A stretch of DNA of 55,545 nt, filler included, from Hemiscyllium ocellatum (lineage: Eukaryota): assembly GCF_020745735.1 (NCBI RefSeq). It is 2 parts of 2 records of this genome, joined end to end, with 100 filler letters (N's around TTAATTAATTAA, not from the genome) between each part and the next. Parts side by side here need not be neighbours in the genome. Positions count along the whole stretch, not along the records: positions 27,319 to 55,545 come from NC_083446.1; 1 more part is not named here. One strand, written 5' to 3'. Positions 48,619 through 55,545 of the stretch are shown here, piece by piece. The position numbers and the translations under genes were made by a program. Below the pieces are notes generated by a model. That model made no database searches. It was not told the DNA's origin and was given only the letters and a program-made list of their open reading frames with translations. Each line of letters opens with the position of its first letter. Within the stretch, counting starts at the first letter, position 1.

Positions 48619-48640
48619 TCTACCGACTCCGCTGAGAAAT
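48619..48640 (+). pseudogene. IGHM: Probable 3' tip of the IgM CH3 exon (LPTPLR) with possible donor GTGAGC
   Basis: CTACCGACTCCGCTGAGA = LPTPLR, as in shark C-mu3 (HQDLPTPLR), about 450 bp upstream of CH4. The rest of the exon is absent. The match is short. Confidence 0.5.
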
Positions 48641-49095
48641 GTGAGCAGTGTGATTAAAACACAAAGGATCCCACATGTAATCCAGATCCAGTTACATCAA
48701 TGGCAGGCTTTGATTGGTAATGAGCAAACACCGCTCGGAGCATTAATGATGCATCTGATGACCGGATAGCTAAGTAGCTGATTAAGGAGAAGACTGACCA
48801 AAGGGTATTATATTTTGATTAAGTCAGATAATGTGGGAAGAAGCCTGGGTTGTGACGTCACTATCAACAATGACAGTTGGACAGAATGCCCTTGTTGTGG
48901 GCTGGAAACGCGGAGGCAACTTACACATTAAACTTTACTTTTTTTTAATGAACAGAATGTGTACCATTCTGCTCCATTAGAAAACGAAAGTGAATAAATC
49001 CCAAATTAAAAATGGTGCATTTTAATATTTAGTGAATTTGCGATATTGGTTCAGGATTTTTTTGGTTGATTTATATTTTCTAAAATATTCTGCAG

Positions 49096-49498
49096 TGATT
49101 AATCCGCTGGAGCCATCAGTGTCGGTCTTCCTGCCACCAGCAGAAGAAATCTCCGCTAATAGATTTCTCTCCCTCACCTGTTTAATACCTGTTCAATGAG
49201 AGCTTTCTCCTCCAGAGAGATCTTTGTCAAGTGGACAATCAATGAGAAGCCGATGAATCCCAGTTATTACAACAACACCGAGGTGATGGCAGAGAGGGAC
49301 AACATCTCCTTCTTCATCTACACCCTGTTATCCACTACAGCGGAGGAGTGGGTCAGCAGTGCTTCTTAGTCCTGTGTGGTGGGACATGAAGCGATTCAAT
49401 TGAAGATGTTCAACAGAACAGTCGATAAATTCAGTGGTAAACCGAGTTTCGTAAACATTTCACTTGCACTGATGGACACTGTTAATTCATGTCAATAA
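49096..49498 (+). pseudogene. IGHM: IgM CH4 exon with secretory tail, pseudogenised
   Basis: TTCTGCAG| [30 protein letters not shown]; 11-nt duplication (49176-49197, frameshift); [57 protein letters not shown]; TAG at 49367-49369; [45 protein letters not shown]. The TM donor G|GTAAA is at 49436/49437. Confidence 0.93.
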
Positions 49499-49650
49499 AA
49501 ATCCCCCAGTTGCATTTAATAATTCAACAGAAGTAATAACGATTTTAGTTTCCTCCAGTTGTTAGTTAACTAGTGAATGAATTGTTTCCCATCCTGACTT
49601 ACATTCCATCTGTGTAGTTAAAGTGGGTTATTAACAGTTCTAGGACTAGC

Positions 49651-49684
49651 CTATTGTCTATTGTTTATTGTCTATTGTCTATTG
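49651..49684. repeat. Heptamer microsatellite (CTATTGT) x about 5
   Basis: CTATTGTCTATTGTTTATTGTCTATTGTCTATTG. Confidence 0.85.
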
Positions 49685-50689
49685 AGTGTCTTGTGCAGTT
49701 AATGTTCTTTGCTCAGATACATCCTGGTTCAGAGACAGAGTAAAGCTCACTCATTGCAGGATTCTGCCAAGTACCTTATCCATCCTAAATCTCTCTGTGA
49801 CAAAATCTGACAATGTCAATTTTGTGTCAAGGGTAGAGCAGAAGTTTTGAACTTGGTGTTATTGATTTCCCCGATTTGACATTCTAACAAAATTCCTGTC
49901 AGTTTTAAGCTGCCATATTTCACCAATTGGAAATGTAAACTTAAGACACTTTAAAATTAAATTTGGTTGGAACATACCAATCGTAAAGCATGCAGTGCAG
50001 TTTGAATGGAACCTTTGTTTCTGGGGAAGTGCCAGGGATCTTGCGCCAGCGCGTGAGTTGATAGGATGTATCTTCACTTTCACACCAAACGGAATCGATA
50101 GATACGTTGTTGTGGAGCAGAAGGGAGGGAAATGATGAATGGTCTGTCCTCTTGCTCCTTTTGCAGAGTTTTCATGGTAGATGTGCTTTGTAATGTAACT
50201 CAGTTGCTAACAGGAAGTCAGCTTCTTGCTGACTGTCCGAAGAATTAAAATCTCCACGCAAAATAATACCTTTGATACACGTTGGACAAGCTTGGGCCTG
50301 TTAACAAATGACTAACATTGCCTCCCATAATCTAAAACTGGTGCGTGCATTGGGCCGGTTTGAATTCCATAGTTTTGTCTCAGTTTTCTGGAGTCCATGG
50401 GATCAATTCTGGTATTCGAGCACCTGATATCATTTTGTTTCATATACAGAACACAAGTAGATAGTTTCTGATAAACATACTCAGAAATGTTATCTCTGGG
50501 GCAGTGGGGATTTGAACTCAGGCCTTTTGTGTCACAGACAGAAATTCAATCATTACAACAGAAGAGTTGCTCATAAAACGCTTAATTCTCCACGCCGATG
50601 GGAAATGTTCCCTGCAACAACAAGATAAGATCTAATTGTAGGCGATCCATTAAAAGTAGAACAATAAAATTAGAATAATAAAAATTGCG

Positions 50690-51870
50690 GTCTGATAAAA
50701 GAGCAGAAACACACACAGAGGCAGAGAGATGATCACAAATGCACATGCAAAGATACGTGTACAGGCTCTCACCTAAAGACACATACTTATGTGCACACTC
50801 AAATGTGCATATAGATAAGACATCACACACGCATACTAGCACAGAACCACTCATGCAAGTGGTTCTTGAACACTCATCTAAGTTCTTACAAAAACTCACA
50901 TACACCGAAAGAGAAGCATTTGCACAAATGAACAGGGGTACTCACACATAACCATGAGAAACATAGACAAACGGTCAAACACAAATGGGCATGAATACAT
51001 ATACAGTCATACAGCACAATGCGTACAGACATACACGCATGAACACACAGATACAAATTCCGAAAAATGTCTTCCCACACGTTGACTCACACAGGCACGT
51101 AAGTGCACAGACGTAAACATTAATATCATTATTTCCCATTTTCAGAATCACAAACATATGATGACAGAGGGGGCTTAATTAATTATTTTTAAACCACATT
51201 GATCAGCATGTATATAATGTCACACGCACACACAAAATTAAGAGTCTCACATGCGGACACACAAGTGCATAAATCAACAAATAGAGGCGCGTTTATTAAA
51301 TAAGATTAATGGGCACAAACATCAGCTAGCATCCACAAACACTAAAACTAACAAGCTTTTCAGGAGAGTTTGGGAAAGATTGCCACACAAGCAGACATCA
51401 TCATATAAATATAAACATCCATCAAAACATGACGTTGCATGCGAACATTGATGAAGCAGAAACATGAAAATAACCTAGAGTAGGTAAGATCTGAAACAGA
51501 CACATTAGCACACATTTTAGATAGCACTAATAAAAAGTGAACACTCACAAAGACATTACAAGATAAGCATAAGCAGCAACGAAGTAGCATATTAGCATGA
51601 TGATGCTTACACAATGTGAAAAGACCAAACATTACGTACACAAACACATGGGTACAACAACAGTAAAGGAACAGGAATATGTTTATTCATGCACAGTCTC
51701 CAACATGGGCAAGAGTGATGTAAGAGAGTCTCAGAACCACATACACAGACTTAAAGGAAAACCAAATACGCAAGCAGTGGATCAAATCAATTAAGGGACA
51801 CATGTACAAAAACTTATTCCTAAATATACAGATCCTACAAAGAAAAATCTGAAGCAATGTCCTGACTTTG
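50690..51870. repeat. About 1.2-kb degenerate CA/ACAT-rich low-complexity tract in the secretory-TM interval
   Basis: Dense ACAC/ACAT motifs. The minus-strand ORFs here are V/C/M-rich artefacts. Confidence 0.7.
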
Positions 51871-52319
51871 ATGTTACTTATATTCATGATTTGCCAAGCA
51901 ATTGGTCACCAATACATAAAGATCAGATTCACATATGAGCTTTTATTCAGTGATGGCCACAATTTTCAACTAAACTGCTGTCACAACCTATAATTAAAAT
52001 ATAATGATCTAATTAAAATAATCATTCGTAATAAGCATTCCTCAAATAATAATATATTTCAATTATAGATTTCAAGAAAAAAAATGAAATGTTCTGACAT
52101 GGGCAATGAAGAAAGTGCATGTGCAGTTAGAATGCGTAATTTCTTGCTGAGTCAATAATGCACTATTAGATACAGATAAAAGTTACATTTGAGAAATACC
52201 TGACTGCTTTATGAAGATGTAATGTTCTCTAATTAAGTGACTTAAATGCAGATAGATTGATCTGGATCAATAAACAATCTAAATGCGTTTTCCCGGCTTT
52301 ATATTCATGGATTGAATAG

Positions 52320-52438
52320 ATCGCACTTGGATTGAAGACTATGAGGATGATAACATCAACATCTGGACAACTGCTTGCACGTTCATCACCTTGTTCTTCC
52401 TGAGTATTTTCTACAGCGCTGCCATCACTCTGGTGAAG
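52320..52438 (+). CDS. IGHM: Ig heavy-chain TM1 exon (IgM type), reading frame intact but part of the pseudogenised cluster
   Basis: AG|(G)AT CGC... = DRTWIEDYEDDNINIWTTACTFITLFFLSIFYSAAITLVK|GT. 119 nt, phase 1 to phase 0, with the Ig TM motif IWTT.S/CTF..LF.LS.FYS. Confidence 0.9.
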
Positions 52439-52575
52439 GTGAGAATGATCACATCTTTCACATGCCAAGCAGCCCAATATGTTTTGTGAAATCTCTAAGT
52501 GTACCATTGAATAAAAAAAATCTGAAAGTCCCTGATTATTAGCAAATGCGTCATAGCTTTATCTCTGTTTTCCAG

Positions 52576-52605
52576 GTTAAGTTAATGAATTGTGGATACA
52601 TTTGA
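52576..52605 (+). CDS. IGHM: Ig heavy-chain TM2 exon, reads VKLMNCGYI*
   Basis: TCTCTGTTTTCCAG|GTT AAG TTA ATG AAT TGT GGA TAC ATT TGA, 137 nt after the TM1 donor. Candidate AATAAA at 53000-53005. Confidence 0.75.
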   Translation, partial: VKLMNCGYI

Positions 52606-54879
52606 GTTTCCTGCTCTGCTTATCAAGGTTTATGATTTCCCAATCTACAATCTGTCCTGTGGCTGACTCTAACGGTGAGATCACTTCAATTTATCAGCGT
52701 GTAACTGAGACAATAATCAATGGATTTTCCTTTTTACTTTGATATTTTTGAGATGGTTGTGGTTCGAATAATATGTAGCTCCCCAGTTGTTTGAAGCCCA
52801 TTTGATTTGTTTTTATCTGTTCCTTATTCAGAATGTTTGGGTGCCCTTTATGATGAGCCTTTGTATTCCTATTCTTGTGACAGAAAATTCCCAACTCACA
52901 GCGCAGGTGTTCCCGTCTCAATGTGGCATCCAGCCTTTATATTCACTTCTGTTAACATTTGCATCAACCTTTTGGATAAAAATGTTTTCTGAAATGGTTA
53001 ATAAACCTCGAATGAATAAGCACTAATCTTGAGTTTGCTTAATTCTTTCTTCAAACCCAGTCAGTAATGATACATTTTCCTCCATCCAACTCTTTTCCCA
53101 GCCAAGTCATTTCATTTTTTCTGTTTGGTTGTGTTTCATCCACACATTTAGTTTACTGCTGCGCTAACATTCCGCCCACTAATGTAAATACATCTTTCAC
53201 ACGATATGCCTGATGGAACACTCCAGATGCAGAATGTTTAGAGAACATTTCCTCTTATGCACAAAGGGTCACAGCCTCAGGTAACGCAATGATAATTTTA
53301 TAGGCTCCACCAGAAGCCTATAAAAGGCAGGCAACGGAGTTTGAAAGTTTACTCGACACTGCCTAAACTGAAAGTACTCTAAATGTCGAGACAGCCTGGG
53401 TTAGTAATGCATAAATCCTCACCTAAAGCGCCCAACGAAACATTCGTCAGCCAAAAATGTCAACGTTAAGTCAGGTAGTCAGACAACAACACGTGCGCAA
53501 TCCAAGGGCGGATTATCAGAACTGGAGTTTTTCTCACACATAAATCTCATGGAGCACAATTCCTGGCACCTATTTGACACAGCACACCTGTCAAATCCCA
53601 GGAAATGAGAGTTAGATCTATCTGATACATGGATATTCCTGAACAGCAACCCTCAAAAATAATAAATCAGAGGTCGATGTTGGTCAGGCAAGGCAGAGCT
53701 CAGAATTATTCATCCATTGGGAACTATATGACGCAGGACGGACTTGAGAACCAACCATAGCAACTGTTCACAAAGTCTGGAAACTATCAGCAAAGGAGAA
53801 CAGTCTCAATTTCTCAAAGTCGGTGAGGGTCATCATCCTGGGAATAGTGTTGTGAATCAGTCACGCATCCAATCTTATAACTTTGCATTTTTTCAAAAAT
53901 GTGGCACCTGAAATTGGATGAAATATTCCAGGTGAGACAAGCGACTGTTTTATTTCAGTTTAACATAATTGCTTTGCAGTTGTTCTCCACAGCGTACTTG
54001 AAGTAGGGTTTATTTACTCTTCTGACCACGTGTCATGGTGCATTCCCTGATTTGTGCACATATACATGGAGGATCCTTTGCTCTTTAACTACTTGGGTTT
54101 ACCCCCTTACTATTGTATGTTCTCCTGAGTTTATCACAAAACAAAGAAGCACGTCACAACTTCCTGAGACTGATATCTATATGACACACCGATATTAATG
54201 AATAACAATACTCAAAACATATAAATTACAGGTTGATTTCGATCAGAGAAGACAGAGATTGGAAAGCCTGCTGCTTTCCATGTCCTTTCCCACAACCCCT
54301 CTGTCAAACTTGATGCTCTTAGCTGTCCTTCCAATATCCTAACATTTTGCCTTGAATTGTTATTAATATTTTCTGTAATTTTGCATTACAGAGCAAAGCA
54401 CAGGTTAAACCAACCAAGAACTCCAAACACTAAACTCTGAGAACGTACACAATAAGGCAACCTACATCTGAAACGGCAAACACCCGTTAATAAATGGTTA
54501 ACAAGTACAAAACTGGGGGTGAGATTAACTTGAACTCATCAATATAAAAGGAAAATACCCTGAAGGTACAACAGTGTAGGCAAGACCTGAGCAAACAGAA
54601 TGGAGTTCGTTTCTTTTAAAAACTATTGTTTTTATCTAGAATTTTCCTTCCACACAACAGGTCACCCATAGTGTCTTTGTTCTCAGTGACTAGCCATCAC
54701 CAGTAAATTGAATAATTTGTGTTCAAAGCCCCGCAAGGACAACTCACACTCTCAAAGGTACGGCAGAAGTAGGAAGAGCTCGAGGAGATTGGAATCTTGT
54801 GGTGAAATATTGCTGCTAATCTATCAGAAGGTATTTCTGAGGGATGGTGCAGTGAAGTATGTTGATGGAACTCAGAAAT

Positions 54880-55545
54880 AAGATGAGCTTGATTACTTTG
54901 ATGCGATTGTAATACTCCTCCCAGTTGTCAGAGTGAAATTGAGTAACAAATACGTTGAGAGTTCTCATTTCTACGTAAGAATAAAAGGATTGGAAGAGTA
55001 GCAAATTTTAAACTTCCAAACATAAAGTGGGGCAGCCATGGTCTTAAGAGTTTGGATGGTGAGGAATTTGTTAAGTGTTGAAGAAAATTTTCTTCATTAA
55101 TACTCAGATGTAACTATCACAGAAGGAGCAAACCTGATCTACTTTTTTGAATAAGGCAGGGCAAGTGACTGAATGGTTGGTAGGGGAGCGGTTTGAGGGC
55201 TGGGTAATAATTTGATTAGTTGTAAATATCTTTGGAAAGGATTGGCATTATATATAAGAATAATGTTCTTCATTGGACTCAGGTAAAATTTGATATTATG
55301 AAACAAAAACTTTCAAGGGTTGATTGGGATAGACTGTTTGCAACTAAAGGGATGGCCGGCAAGAGCGAGGCTTTCAGAAGTGAGATTTCGAGAGTTCAGA
55401 GGTGTGATATTCCTGTTAGAGTAAAGGTAAGGCTGGTAAGCGGCGGGAACACTGGTGGAACAAAGATATTGAGGCTTTGGTTAAGAATAAGAATACAGAC
55501 GAATCATATATTAGGCAACGATAAATGAGAGCAAGTGAATCTCTA
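54880..55545 (+). mobile_element. Degraded CR1 APE-region fragment
   Basis: GAGCAAACCTGATCTACT, LSRVDWDRLFATKGMAGKSEAFRSEISRVQ...IPVRVK. Confidence 0.6.

Noticed and set aside
48212-48769. 185-aa plus ORF
   Set aside because: Antisense of the minus-strand PLE running through the CH3 tip, not a real gene.
48853-48860. Perfect CRE palindrome TGACGTCA in the presumed CH3-CH4 intron (another TGACGTCA at about 18759)
   Set aside because: An isolated 8-mer with no leader or V downstream, so it cannot be called a VH/TCR-type promoter.

Overview
Repeat-rich cartilaginous-fish (shark) genomic DNA made of two segments joined by an artificial 100-bp spacer (44 N + TTAATTAATTAA + 44 N, 27219-27318). 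The left segment holds two damaged Ig light-chain constant exons of the shark kappa/type III class (5441-5725 +, 22698-23025 -). They face each other tail-to-tail as an old inverted duplication, and I could see no V, J or intact RSS. The right segment holds the 3' remnant of an IgM heavy-chain cluster: a CH3 tip, a CH4 plus secretory tail with a frameshift and a stop, and TM1/TM2 exons. No V, D, J, CH1 or CH2 is recognisable. Most of the rest is CR1 LINEs (one near-complete ORF2 at about 42.1-45.05 kb), HE1-type and other tRNA-derived SINEs, and Penelope-like elements (PLEs). The most notable non-Ig signal is a set of minimal hammerhead-ribozyme cores (CTGATGA-stem II-GAAA-NN'-TH) in at least three PLE terminal-repeat families. 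Two of these sit in long fold-back palindromes (8160-8362 and a perfect 72-bp inverted repeat at 17263-17426). All calls are by eye from remembered family motifs with no database searches, and repeat boundaries are approximate.
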